64,000 nucleotides of DNA from Promethearchaeia archaeon. GTDB lineage: Archaea > Asgardarchaeota > Lokiarchaeia > Sigyniarchaeales > SOKP01. The translations under genes and the position numbers were made by a program. This document shows positions 27,131-37,183 of the stretch, piece after piece. The DNA lies in assembly GCA_046497275.1 (NCBI GenBank), contig JAWOFX010000041.1:8484-72483 (forward strand). The letters run 5' to 3'. The notes beneath the pieces were generated by a model. It saw only the letters and a list, made by a program, of their open reading frames with translations. It searched no databases and was not told where the DNA came from. The first letter of the stretch is position 1. The number at the start of each line of letters is the position of its first letter.

Positions 27131-29119
27131 TTAAATATTTAGTTGTTTAAAAAACGAGGGAAGAGTATAATGAATTTCACACTTATTTTTTCCTATTATT
27201 TCTATTATGGCCCTGATTAAATACAATTCTCTCAAATCCTCATCTGGTTCATAGATTTTAAATTTAGCAGTAGGCTTGATTTTTAAACTATAATTTTCAG
27301 CGATCCCCGTGATGCTTTGTTCAGTTTTAAGGCGTATACCTAAAAGTCCAAGTTCATAATGAGATACAATAAATAATATCTGATTTTCCTTCTCTTTAAT
27401 AAAATGAACTACTTCTAAATAGATATCTTTTAATTCATCTGGTAATTTTGAATAAGGAATCGAATTTTTCTTTCCAGTGAAATATTCAAAAGGTGTGTAA
27501 AAGAGCTTATTAAAACTTGCTATTTTTTTTATCTGTTCATTATATTTTTCTATGTCTTTAACTGTATAAGCTTTATCAAGCAAAACATCTATATTTTTGA
27601 CAATATCCTCTTCATTACAAAATCCATTGATAACTGTTGCGATATATGCTCGCTTTAACTTTTCCACTAAAATATCGATTTTATAATCTTGTCCCGCATC
27701 AATAGTCATCTCAAGTGCTTCATTATAGAGGTTCGTGGCAAGCTGTGAATGGCCTAGAGCAAGAAAGTAATCTCCTAATTCAGAAAATACGATTATTGCA
27801 TCGACAATCTTTTCTTTAAAATCAATTTCAGATATTTCACTCATTATTGCCATTGCTGTATTTTTATCTTCCAGTTCTCCTTCCATATAAAGCGCAATAG
27901 CTTTTCCAATAAGACATTTTAATTTTAAATTTTCATCTTTATATACTTCAGCAAGTTCTTCCGTAAAATTATAGGCCATTATTGAATTCGCATAGAGTCC
28001 ATGAAACAATAAAATGAGAGCTTTTACATAATTTAAAGTCAAACATGTGGTGTGATTATGGATAATTGTTGAAAATAAGGCAGCTCTTTCTAAAGAATCT
28101 ATAGCTGAGTTGATATGACCTAGAGAAACAAGTAGAAAGGCTCTTAAAAACTCCATTTTTGATATTTCAGAACATATTAAATTTTCGACAATTTCATAAT
28201 CATCCATTTTTTTTAACTGTCCCAAGGCTAATTGAAGCAAAGAAACTAAGAACCCATTTCCTTTTTTCAAAAATTTTACCGCTTGATTTGAATCATTTTT
28301 AATGATGGCTTCTCGTGAACGTTTTAGATATTCTCGAGAAATTTTTAAATTTTCAAGAAAATTGATTATATTTTCCACTACTTCTTCTTCACTTTGGGAG
28401 ATTGGTTTGCCTTCAATATAGTTTTCTGCAATATTAAGCTCCTCATTATGTTTTGATGACCCTATCCCAAATTCAATTTTACTTTCATCTAGATAAGAGT
28501 CTTGGGTAATGATTGAGTTTTCTGTAACGCTCACAGCTCTCTCAATAAGCCATGTAATTTTAGACTCCGCAGGATATATTTTTGAGCGCTCTATTATATA
28601 TCCAAGAGTATAATTCAAACTCTGTTGCCATACATTCTTGAAATAATTTCGCATCTGAGATTTAGGAATCTCACGATGGATTTTTAATAGAAAACTCGAA
28701 AGCGATAAAACATTAATCTTTTTAGGATAAAGAATAGCTGTATTTTTTGCAAGTTTAAAATCATCAGTAACAAGATTGACTTGATTCACCTTAATCTCGC
28801 TCAGCAAAGTTATTGCTAATTGAATCAATGACAAATCATTATCTTGAGCTGGAAACCGAATATTTTTCTTCTTTAATTTATTTTTTAATTCATTAATTTG
28901 TTTTTCTTCTATGTTTTCAATAGATATAATTTGTCTAAGGTTTTGTTTAATTTTATCAGGTGCTTTTATTTCTTCAAAAACAGCTTCAGTAGTATAAAGC
29001 TTTAAGTTAAGTTCTTGAGATGCTTTTTGGAGATTCTTAATGATTTCTCTAACTTCTATTGAAAGTAAACAAATAAAAAAATTAGCATCTATAATGAACA
29101 AATCTTCATTTTTTGTCAT
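27131..29119 (-). CDS. Large protein with N-terminal PIN-like domain and long TPR-like helical repeat region
   Basis: PIN-like acidic residues in LFIIDANFF, TEAVFEEI and LVTDDFKLA. The central and C-terminal part is helical-repeat-like (ALGHSQLATNLYNEALEM...). Confidence 0.45.
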   Translation of the reverse strand: MTKNEDLFIIDANFFICLLSIEVREIIKNLQKASQELNLKLYTTEAVFEEIKAPDKIKQNLRQIISIENIEEKQINELKNKLKKKNIRFPAQDNDLSLIQLAITLLSEIKVNQVNLVTDDFKLAKNTAILYPKKINVLSLSSFLLKIHREIPKSQMRNYFKNVWQQSLNYTLGYIIERSKIYPAESKITWLIERAVSVTENSIITQDSYLDESKIEFGIGSSKHNEELNIAENYIEGKPISQSEEEVVENIINFLENLKISREYLKRSREAIIKNDSNQAVKFLKKGNGFLVSLLQLALGQLKKMDDYEIVENLICSEISKMEFLRAFLLVSLGHINSAIDSLERAALFSTIIHNHTTCLTLNYVKALILLFHGLYANSIMAYNFTEELAEVYKDENLKLKCLIGKAIALYMEGELEDKNTAMAIMSEISEIDFKEKIVDAIIVFSELGDYFLALGHSQLATNLYNEALEMTIDAGQDYKIDILVEKLKRAYIATVINGFCNEEDIVKNIDVLLDKAYTVKDIEKYNEQIKKIASFNKLFYTPFEYFTGKKNSIPYSKLPDELKDIYLEVVHFIKEKENQILFIVSHYELGLLGIRLKTEQSITGIAENYSLKIKPTAKFKIYEPDEDLRELYLIRAIIEIIGKNKCEIHYTLPSFFKQLNI

Positions 29120-29295
29120 AATATTAAGTTTTTAATATATAAATTGACCTTTGTTATAAAAAATACAATTATAATTTTAATGTTTTTTTAAAACCATACA
29201 ACCAAATTAAATATTCAATATTTTTGAAATAATGTATTTTAATGATATTATATCAAATCTTTAGATTATTAAATATTAGAAAAATTATTGTGATT

Positions 29296-29796
29296 ATGAA
29301 AAAAATTAATGTAATTGGATATTCAGGTAGCGGAAAAACGTATCTGATTAAAAAATTTATTCAAGGATTAAAGAATGAATTAAATCTAAATAGTGCTGTC
29401 ATAAAGAACATCCATGAGCATCAAATAGATTCTGAAGGAAAAGATTCATTCATTTATACCAAGAAAGGGGCAAATTATGCTATTACGAAAAATATTTATG
29501 ATGAAACAACCATTTTTATTAAAAAAAAAGTGAATATAGAGGATTTACTTGAATGGATAAATAAAGGACCTTTTAAAGTGGATATTGTATTTACTGAGGG
29601 ATTTAGAGAGCTCAATATCCCGAGTATTTTATGTTTAAAAACCATAGAAAAATACAAGGACCAAATAAATGAAAATGTAAGAGTTATATCCGGTAAAATT
29701 AGTATAGTAACAGAAAAAAAAGAAATTGATAATCTCCCCGTATTAAATATTGAACAATCATTTAACAGATTTATAGAAATATTTAATATTGTTTAA
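29296..29796 (+). CDS. mobB: Molybdopterin-guanine dinucleotide biosynthesis adaptor MobB
   Basis: MKKINVIGYSGSGKTYLIKKF (P-loop), and IKNIHEHQIDSEGKDSFIYTKKGA, typical of MobB. The track ORF starts 18 codons earlier (29242), but the internal Met fits family N-termini. Confidence 0.65.
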   Translation: MKKINVIGYSGSGKTYLIKKFIQGLKNELNLNSAVIKNIHEHQIDSEGKDSFIYTKKGANYAITKNIYDETTIFIKKKVNIEDLLEWINKGPFKVDIVFTEGFRELNIPSILCLKTIEKYKDQINENVRVISGKISIVTEKKEIDNLPVLNIEQSFNRFIEIFNIV

Positions 29797-31730
29797 ATCT
29801 GTATTGACTTCCAGAAACTGCTTGCTATATTTTGACAAATTTTTTTAATCTCTTCGTTTTCCTCCGGATTAGATAATTCATCTAAGAATATTTCACATAA
29901 TTTGTCATATATTTCCATTTCGTTATTAGGATTGGAAATGGAATCATTTATTTTCATGATAAATTGGTTTAGTGGGATGATTAATGTTTTAATAAGCCAT
30001 TGCTCAAGGAAAACCTCTTCTGAGAAGGTTTGAAAATTATAGGTAATCAACAATCGATTTAATTCAATTTGGTTATAAAAATGTTTATTTGATAATTTTA
30101 TGTTATATTTTTTGAATATTTTTGAAATCTCTTCTTGTTTTAAACTTAACAGAAAATCAGGCCACAAATCATCACTAAAATTATAATCTTGGAAAATGAA
30201 TAATTCCAAAACACGTAGGGCTATGTTGCGACTTATATATCTTCCTCGAGGATCTATGAAATTTTTAGAAGCATCCTCAAGGTTTTTCTCTAAAAATATT
30301 TTATCAATTAAAACATATAACATTCGGCAAATATGATGAACGATAAAATCAAAACTCATTTCATCTTCATTTGGATCCTCAGAAAGGATTTTATTTTCCT
30401 CTTTTAATATTAAATCAATTTTTCCATTTAGACTTTTAAAAAAGGATTTGAAAAACTCATAATTAATTTCTGAAACACTTTTATTAAAAATCTTATTGAA
30501 AAATAAATCTATTAACCTTCTATTTGAGAGTAAGGCAAAATAATCTAAAAAAGAATTGATATTTTTAATCGCATTTGAATTTACTACATTATCACCTTTT
30601 CTATTGAAGTCATTTAACTCTTTTCTAAATAATTTTGGCAGAAATAGTACATCTCCAACTTCTAATGTTTCTAATCCACTACCAAAGTAATATTTTTTAT
30701 ATAAAAGAAATAAATTTAATTGAGACTTTGTTGAAGGAAGATTATTGGCAAGAAAAGTAGAACTTAAGGTTGATCTTCTATCTAAATAATCAAAGATTCT
30801 AATGAGAGCATTCTTTTTAGTAGTGCTATAATCAAAATTTTTGAGATATTCTTTTTTTATGATTTCTATTTTAGAAAAGATTGAATCCTCAACACGGGAG
30901 CATACATAGTTGAAAAAGTCTAAAAGGGGGCAAAAATTATTTAATAATCTGCATTTTCTATTAAAATGATATAATAAATCAACAAGCTTCTCTCTGTATT
31001 TTTTTTTTGAATATCGCTTTAAAGCTAATTTATACAAATTATCTTTTCCTTCTAATATTGGATCATAAAATTTTTCAGGTACCTCTTTAAATTGTTTTAA
31101 AAAGTAATATAATACCATTTTATAATAGTATTCATAGGTTTCTTTCCTACTATCTTTAACAATAACTAAAAAATTTACATCAACATTATTCTCCCCTGAT
31201 TTATAAGCTGCCCCCTCAAGAGATATTTTTAAATTTTCGTCTGTAATTCCCTTAATAATAATACCTAAAGTTTCAAGTATAAAATATAAATAGGCCGTTG
31301 GATAAAATAACCCTTTTATATTATGGTTTAAGGATTTTGAGAGATTTTCAAATATTTTTTGTTCATGATCTGAGAGATGATAATTATATTCAAATAATAG
31401 GTCAGTTTTTGAAATTTTTTCTTTTATTATTAGTTCTAAAGATTTTTTTGGTTTAAGCCCAAAAAATTTTTCTATAAAAAAAGAGAAAAATTCATCAAAA
31501 TGTCTGTGTAAAAAGGTAGTATAAGTCTTCTTAATAATGGAGTTCTCATTCTCCTTCAAGAAACTCCCCCATTTTTTATGTATCTGTTCTTTATATTCCT
31601 CAAATATTAGATGATTTCTATAAATTATCTCAAAAAAAATATTTTTCTTTGTTTCAAGATTAAAACCAACACCCTTAACATTTTTTTCAAGGTAATTCAA
31701 AATTATTTCTAATTCTTCATCAGCAACCAA
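29793..31730 (-). CDS. Hypothetical 645-aa protein, no recognisable domain
   Basis: Long uninterrupted ORF in an AT-rich background. No motif recognised. Its 3' end overlaps the mobB 3' end by 4 nt (convergent). Confidence 0.4.
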   Translation of the reverse strand: MVADEELEIILNYLEKNVKGVGFNLETKKNIFFEIIYRNHLIFEEYKEQIHKKWGSFLKENENSIIKKTYTTFLHRHFDEFFSFFIEKFFGLKPKKSLELIIKEKISKTDLLFEYNYHLSDHEQKIFENLSKSLNHNIKGLFYPTAYLYFILETLGIIIKGITDENLKISLEGAAYKSGENNVDVNFLVIVKDSRKETYEYYYKMVLYYFLKQFKEVPEKFYDPILEGKDNLYKLALKRYSKKKYREKLVDLLYHFNRKCRLLNNFCPLLDFFNYVCSRVEDSIFSKIEIIKKEYLKNFDYSTTKKNALIRIFDYLDRRSTLSSTFLANNLPSTKSQLNLFLLYKKYYFGSGLETLEVGDVLFLPKLFRKELNDFNRKGDNVVNSNAIKNINSFLDYFALLSNRRLIDLFFNKIFNKSVSEINYEFFKSFFKSLNGKIDLILKEENKILSEDPNEDEMSFDFIVHHICRMLYVLIDKIFLEKNLEDASKNFIDPRGRYISRNIALRVLELFIFQDYNFSDDLWPDFLLSLKQEEISKIFKKYNIKLSNKHFYNQIELNRLLITYNFQTFSEEVFLEQWLIKTLIIPLNQFIMKINDSISNPNNEMEIYDKLCEIFLDELSNPEENEEIKKICQNIASSFWKSIQI

Positions 31731-31842
31731 TTTAACCAGATTAAACTTATTTATATAATTTTAATAATATCTAATAATGAAAAATAAACCTTTTTATATT
31801 TAATATAAGATTGGTTTAACAAAATAAAAATATTAGGTTAAA

Positions 31843-32730
31843 ATGTCTAAAAGGTCAGAAGATATTAAAAAAAAAATTCAACAAGTATTATTTAGGACTA
31901 TTAAACGTGCTACTACTCAAGCGCCTGATGAAATCATCAAAGTTTTAAATCAGTCTCTTGATGTCGAGGATTCTGAAATCGCAAAAGCCCAATTAGAATT
32001 AATGTTAGAAAATTTTGCCTATGGAGCCCAAAATAAGATTCCTATATGTCAAGATACCGGAATACTAAATTTTTTTATTGAAATTGGATCAGAATTCCCA
32101 ATAATAACAAATTTTAAGGATATCATTGATAAAACCGTCTCAAAGGCAACGAAAACAATTCCGTTACGGGCTAACAGTGTAGATCCTCTCACGAATCAAA
32201 ATCCAGAGTCAAATTTGGGTATCAATGTTCCTCCAATCTACACTGATATTATTGATAATGATACTACCCTTAAAATAACCATTTTACCAAAAGGAGGAGG
32301 TGCGGAGAATATTTCTAAGCTGTTTATGTTGAATCCTACAGATGGGTTGCATGTATTCCAGCAAAAAATAATTGAATCTATTAAAAAAGCGGGAGGGATG
32401 CCATGTCCCCCTATAATTTTAGGTATTGGAATCGGAGGAGATGCAACTTTATGCATGAAATTGGCAAAAAAAGCCTTATTAAGACCTATAAATTTACGGC
32501 ATCAGAGAGTAGATGTGGCTAACTTAGAATTGCATCTATTGGATGAAATCAACGCTCTTAAGATAGGTCCAATGGGATTAGGAGGTAGAACTAGTTGCTT
32601 AGATGTTCATATTGAATTAGCCATGAGACATCCTGCCTCATTTCCAGTAGGTTTAATAGTACAATGTTATTCCCATAGATATGCTTATTTTAAAATGAAT
32701 GAGAAAGGAGAGATAATAGATGAGGGTTAA
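31843..32730 (+). CDS. fumA: Class I (Fe-S) fumarate hydratase / tartrate dehydratase alpha subunit
   Basis: IPICQDTGI cluster-ligand motif, LPKGGGAEN, and GIGIGG. Confidence 0.8.
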   Translation: MSKRSEDIKKKIQQVLFRTIKRATTQAPDEIIKVLNQSLDVEDSEIAKAQLELMLENFAYGAQNKIPICQDTGILNFFIEIGSEFPIITNFKDIIDKTVSKATKTIPLRANSVDPLTNQNPESNLGINVPPIYTDIIDNDTTLKITILPKGGGAENISKLFMLNPTDGLHVFQQKIIESIKKAGGMPCPPIILGIGIGGDATLCMKLAKKALLRPINLRHQRVDVANLELHLLDEINALKIGPMGLGGRTSCLDVHIELAMRHPASFPVGLIVQCYSHRYAYFKMNEKGEIIDEG

Positions 32731-33262
32731 TATTGATTTACCTGTTAAAGAAAAAGATTTAAGAGAATTGCATCTGGGAGATATAATATATCTTAACGGA
32801 ATAATAATAACAGCGAGAGACCAAGCGCATAAAAAGATTATAGAATTGAATGAAAAAGGAAATTTACCCGAAAGTCTTAAAGATTTAAAGGGATCTGCTA
32901 TTTATCATTGTGGGCCCATCATCCGAGAGAATAAAGGAGGATATGAATTTATTTCAGGAGGACCAACTACAAGTCAAAGAATGAACTCTTTAGAGAATGA
33001 AGTTATTGATATTTTAAAAGTTAAATTTATAATTGGCAAGGGAGGAATGAAAAACTTAAATACGAAAAATTACCGGGTAATTTATCTTAGTTTAACCGGT
33101 GGTTGTGGAGCTATTATTCAAGAAAAAATTAAAAAAATTGTCAATGTTGAATTAAAAACTTTAGGAATATGTGAAGCAATATGGTTCCTCGAAATAGAAA
33201 ATCTCGGACCGTTAATAGTCTCTCAGATCAATGAAAAGAGTCTATATGATCAAGATTTTTAA
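32720..33262 (+). CDS. fumB: Class I fumarate hydratase beta subunit
   Basis: GIIITARDQAHKKI...YHCGP...GPTTSQRM...IGKGG pattern. Overlaps the alpha subunit gene by 11 nt. Confidence 0.75.
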   Translation: MRVNIDLPVKEKDLRELHLGDIIYLNGIIITARDQAHKKIIELNEKGNLPESLKDLKGSAIYHCGPIIRENKGGYEFISGGPTTSQRMNSLENEVIDILKVKFIIGKGGMKNLNTKNYRVIYLSLTGGCGAIIQEKIKKIVNVELKTLGICEAIWFLEIENLGPLIVSQINEKSLYDQDF

Positions 33263-33266
33263 TGTT

Positions 33267-34319
33267 CTATTCTTTAATTTGAAAAATCTTGGCAATTTCA
33301 TCTTTTTCTGAGTAATTTAAAGAGTCTATTTTTCCACTCTCTTCTTTAATCTGTAAACCCTCGTTCTCCTCCGTAAATTTTCCTATTTTTGTAGTAAAAA
33401 TCCCATTTTGATTTAAAAAATATATAAGTTTTTCAGTATATTTCTCCTCTATAGCGATTAATAAAGATCCAGAGGAGATTGTTCCTAATGGGTTTAAATT
33501 AAATGTTTTGCTTAATTTTAGGGGTTCCTCTAAAATCTTAATTTTAATCCTATCAATTAATACTCCGGTCTTTGCAGCTATCGCCAATTCCGCAATTCCA
33601 CACGCTAAACCTCCTTCAGTTGGGTCATGCATGGCTTTTAATTTAAAATTTTGGTTTGCTAAAAGAGCATCTTTATAAACACTAATACCAGGGTTGAATA
33701 AATAATTTCTACATTTCTGGATAAAACTTTCCGTATACCCTCTTTTTTTTAATAAATCTTCTTTTTCTCTGGCAATCAGTGACGTTCCTTCAATAAAGAT
33801 TCCTTTCGTTAATAAAATGTCATCTCCTGGTTCTGCCCCCGATGTATTCACCAACTTATTTTTTTTAACTTCACCAATGAGAGAGCCGATTATAATTGGG
33901 CGATTTATACCACTTGTGATTTCTGTATGTCCTCCTATAACAGTTATGTTCATTGCCTTGCATGTATCATGGATATCTTTGAAAATGGACTTTATGAGTT
34001 TTTCACTGGTCTTTTTTTCTGGTAATAAAATTGTAGATTGAAACCATTTTGGGGTTGCTCCTGTACATACAACATCATTCACATTCACATTCACAACATA
34101 GTACCCTATTTGATTAGTAGCAAAAGTAATAGGATCTGTTTTCACTACTAAGTAATTATCTCCGGGGATATCTATTATGGCAGCATCTTCTCCAACTTTA
34201 GACCCCATTATAATTCTCCTATCAAATTTTTCAAGATCAGAAACAAAATTCTGAATCATATCCTCTAAAAACTTATGATTTAATTTCCCTATGGAATATT
34301 GATTTTCGTTTGCTTTCAT
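33267..34319 (-). CDS. AIR synthase-related (PurM/ThiL/HypE superfamily) protein
   Basis: GEDAAIIDIPGDNYLVVKTDPITF, and GGHTEIT in the N-domain. C-terminal domain has DPTEGGLA. It lacks the HypE C-terminal PRIC motif. Confidence 0.65.
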   Translation of the reverse strand: MKANENQYSIGKLNHKFLEDMIQNFVSDLEKFDRRIIMGSKVGEDAAIIDIPGDNYLVVKTDPITFATNQIGYYVVNVNVNDVVCTGATPKWFQSTILLPEKKTSEKLIKSIFKDIHDTCKAMNITVIGGHTEITSGINRPIIIGSLIGEVKKNKLVNTSGAEPGDDILLTKGIFIEGTSLIAREKEDLLKKRGYTESFIQKCRNYLFNPGISVYKDALLANQNFKLKAMHDPTEGGLACGIAELAIAAKTGVLIDRIKIKILEEPLKLSKTFNLNPLGTISSGSLLIAIEEKYTEKLIYFLNQNGIFTTKIGKFTEENEGLQIKEESGKIDSLNYSEKDEIAKIFQIKE

Positions 34320-34509
34320 TGATTGGTTAATATAAATCTATAATATAATTAAAGTTTGAACATCTATTATCGAAGATTTATAAGTAATTAATACATTTAC
34401 TAAACTAATCTACTATGAATCTAGAGCATTATCATATAGATTTATATAGCTATTTAATTTAATAATAAATATCTATTTATAGGAAATCTAAAAAAATCAA
34501 AAGGTATCG

Positions 34510-35046
34510 ATGTTTATGGGATTTTTAAAAGGATTTGGTATTGGCTTAGTAGTTTTTCTTGCTTTGAACTTTGTATTTTCACTGATTGTTGCGGCTGTTG
34601 ATGGTGCAATAGGCTTTTTTTTCATAAGCTTTGTCCAATGGGAAAATTTCTTCTACGTATTATTAGGACCTATAACTACTGCACCTTGGGTAAATTTGTT
34701 TGGGTTGGAATTAGGAGGAACTATATTTGTAGATGGACTTTTAGGTGCCTCTGTAGCGGGTGATATTGCTTTAATTCTTCAATACATATTCGCCATAGTT
34801 TCTCCCTTAATAGCATCTATTCTTACAGGGCGTTTTGCTGGGGGAAAAAGGTTTGCTTTCCTAGCTTGGTTTCTCATTTCTATTCTATCTGGAGCATTAC
34901 TATTAATACCTGAATTACTTAATGCACCGTTTGCTACTATAGAAATTTATGGAATCATTACATTGATTACATTAATCCCCTCTGTAATTAATGGAGTATT
35001 TTACGCACCATTCGGGATGGCGGTTTCAGAAGCAGAATTTTACTAA
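34510..35046 (+). CDS. Integral membrane protein, unknown function
   Basis: Five or six Gly/Ala-rich hydrophobic segments. No motif recognised. Confidence 0.45.
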   Translation: MFMGFLKGFGIGLVVFLALNFVFSLIVAAVDGAIGFFFISFVQWENFFYVLLGPITTAPWVNLFGLELGGTIFVDGLLGASVAGDIALILQYIFAIVSPLIASILTGRFAGGKRFAFLAWFLISILSGALLLIPELLNAPFATIEIYGIITLITLIPSVINGVFYAPFGMAVSEAEFY

Positions 35047-35097
35047 ATTTTGTAAAAAAATTTTTATTCTTTTTTTTAATCTTTTTTTATTTTTAAT

Positions 35098-36534
35098 TTA
35101 CAAATATCCACGTGAATTCAAAAATTCTTGATATTTGCATAAAAGATTTAAGCTATTAGCAGCTTCTTTAAGAGAGAAAAAATATAAACACCTCTCTTTA
35201 TGTAAAACTTTCTTAACTTTCTCAAATTTATTAACCAATTTTGCAGAATCAGCTAAACTCGGTAAACAATACACAAATAATTTGGTGGTAGTTTTTTGAA
35301 GATTTACCATACGTTTGAATACATATCTGAAAATATGATTCGGCCACAATGGTAACACAATAATATCAATCAATGGATCTTTCATAACAGCTTCAATAGA
35401 TTTTATATATACATCTATGATAAATCCTGCTGCTCCCAAATCTATTGGGTTATGAATGATAACATTTTCTTTTGGCAGAATTTTAGCAAGATTCATCTGA
35501 GTTTTCTCTGATAATATAGGAACATTAAGTTTGTAAGTAGAAAATAAATCTGTCATATTTACAGAAGATCCTCCTCCAGGGGTAATAATGGATACATTTC
35601 TTCCTTTTGGCAAATTTTCTTGTTGCACTAATTCAAATGTTTTGATAACATTCCAAAATTCTTCATTACTACGTACTAGTATCGCACCCGTTTGTTTAGC
35701 CATTGACTTCCACATTCCAAAATCGGAGGCAAGAGCGCCTGTATGAGAAAATGCAGCCCGCGCACCCATTTTTGTATGACCACCTTTCCAAATAATTACG
35801 GGTTTTAATCCTGCCGTTTTTTTCAATTCTTCAAAAAATTTATAACCTTCAGAAGAGCCAAAAGACTCCAAATATGCTGCGATTAACTTGGTTTCTGGAT
35901 CCTTCCTGAAAAAACGTAAAAAATCAACACAATTTACATCTATTTGATTACCGAAAGAGATACCATACCTAAATCGTAAGTCTCTTTTTACTCCAATGTC
36001 TAAAAGTCGACTGAGATGTCCACCGGATTGTGACATGAAAGAAATTGCACCCGATTTTGGCGAAGATGCAAATGAAAAAGCCATTCCTGTAGTCCCATTG
36101 TAAGGACCCAGACAATTAGGACCTATTATTCTCGTTTCTGAATCCTTTATTATTTGAAGTAGTTCTTCTTCCAGTTCTCTTCCTCTAGTACTCCTTGTTT
36201 CTGAAAATCCAGAAGCAAAAATAATAACCCATTTTATCTCTTTTTCAACACATTCTTGAAGAACTTTTGGAATAATATTCGTTTTAAGAGAAATATAAGC
36301 CGTATCTATAGGATATGGAACGTCTAGAACAGATGGATAAGATTTCCAGCCTAAAATCTCCTTATGATTCGGATTAATTGGATAAAAATTATTAGCCCAT
36401 TTAGAATCCTTAAAATCAGGAAGATAAAGCATTGCCCCAAAAGCAGATGTTTCTGAAGCCCCAATGAAAGCAATATTCTCTGGATAGAAAAGAGATTTTA
36501 ACTCTTCGTTTTCTCTGTTATTATTTTTATTCAT
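35098..36534 (-). CDS. ADP-forming acetyl/acyl-CoA synthetase alpha subunit (CoA-binding + succinyl-CoA synthetase-like flavodoxin domains)
   Basis: PENIAFIGASE..., RIIGPNCLG, SQSGG and AFSHTGALAS motifs of the NDP-forming acyl-CoA synthetase family. Confidence 0.7.
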   Translation of the reverse strand: MNKNNNRENEELKSLFYPENIAFIGASETSAFGAMLYLPDFKDSKWANNFYPINPNHKEILGWKSYPSVLDVPYPIDTAYISLKTNIIPKVLQECVEKEIKWVIIFASGFSETRSTRGRELEEELLQIIKDSETRIIGPNCLGPYNGTTGMAFSFASSPKSGAISFMSQSGGHLSRLLDIGVKRDLRFRYGISFGNQIDVNCVDFLRFFRKDPETKLIAAYLESFGSSEGYKFFEELKKTAGLKPVIIWKGGHTKMGARAAFSHTGALASDFGMWKSMAKQTGAILVRSNEEFWNVIKTFELVQQENLPKGRNVSIITPGGGSSVNMTDLFSTYKLNVPILSEKTQMNLAKILPKENVIIHNPIDLGAAGFIIDVYIKSIEAVMKDPLIDIIVLPLWPNHIFRYVFKRMVNLQKTTTKLFVYCLPSLADSAKLVNKFEKVKKVLHKERCLYFFSLKEAANSLNLLCKYQEFLNSRGYL

Positions 36535-36600
36535 TTCTCAAAATCTAATTATAATAATACCGCATTTCCTTATAAATGCTTAAGTTTTAGAATAAGAGAC

Positions 36601-36646
36601 TATCATAAAAAAGTTTATACCCCCCAATTCCCCATTTTGGGGGGTA
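36601..36646 (-). terminator. GC-rich hairpin (10-bp stem TACCCCCCAA/TTGGGGGGTA, 9-nt loop) followed on the minus strand by a T6 run
   Basis: Stem arms at 36618..36627 and 36637..36646. Minus-strand sequence after the stem is TAAACTTTTTTATG. C6/G6 runs are conspicuous in this AT-rich sequence. Confidence 0.35.
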
Positions 36647-37183
36647 ATAAACCAAATGTTCACACCCAATTTGTCTTAAATCTTAAGGCTCCCTTTTTTT
36701 ATAAATTTTCAAGCATGAAGAGTCTAAATGAAAAACTTAATTTTTCAGAAGCTATCCTTCAAAATTTTACAATTTCCTAGTAATTAGTGAAATTAGGGAG
36801 TGTTATTTTTAAATGTATTTATTTCTGTAAGAAGTTTATCTAAGTATATAAAGAAATTATAAATTTGTTCAGTTATTTAAAATTATCTCATCGAAGGATC
36901 TATATCATTTAAATTAAATTAGGCAAGCGAATTGCTCACAACTAAATGATATACAGGAAATTCTAAAATTGAAACTTTTTTATCCACTAAATGAAAAATA
37001 AAATTTGACAGATCAGTAAAATCATATTACCTATATTAAGATTTATTTTAAGTTTTAATTCAAGAATCTATAGAATGCATAAACTCAAGGGAAATCTTTT
37101 ATGGAAGTTTTTAATGATTATATTGAATATATAAGAGTTAGACTTATTAATTGAATAAGCTTAACAAAAATGATTAATTAAAT

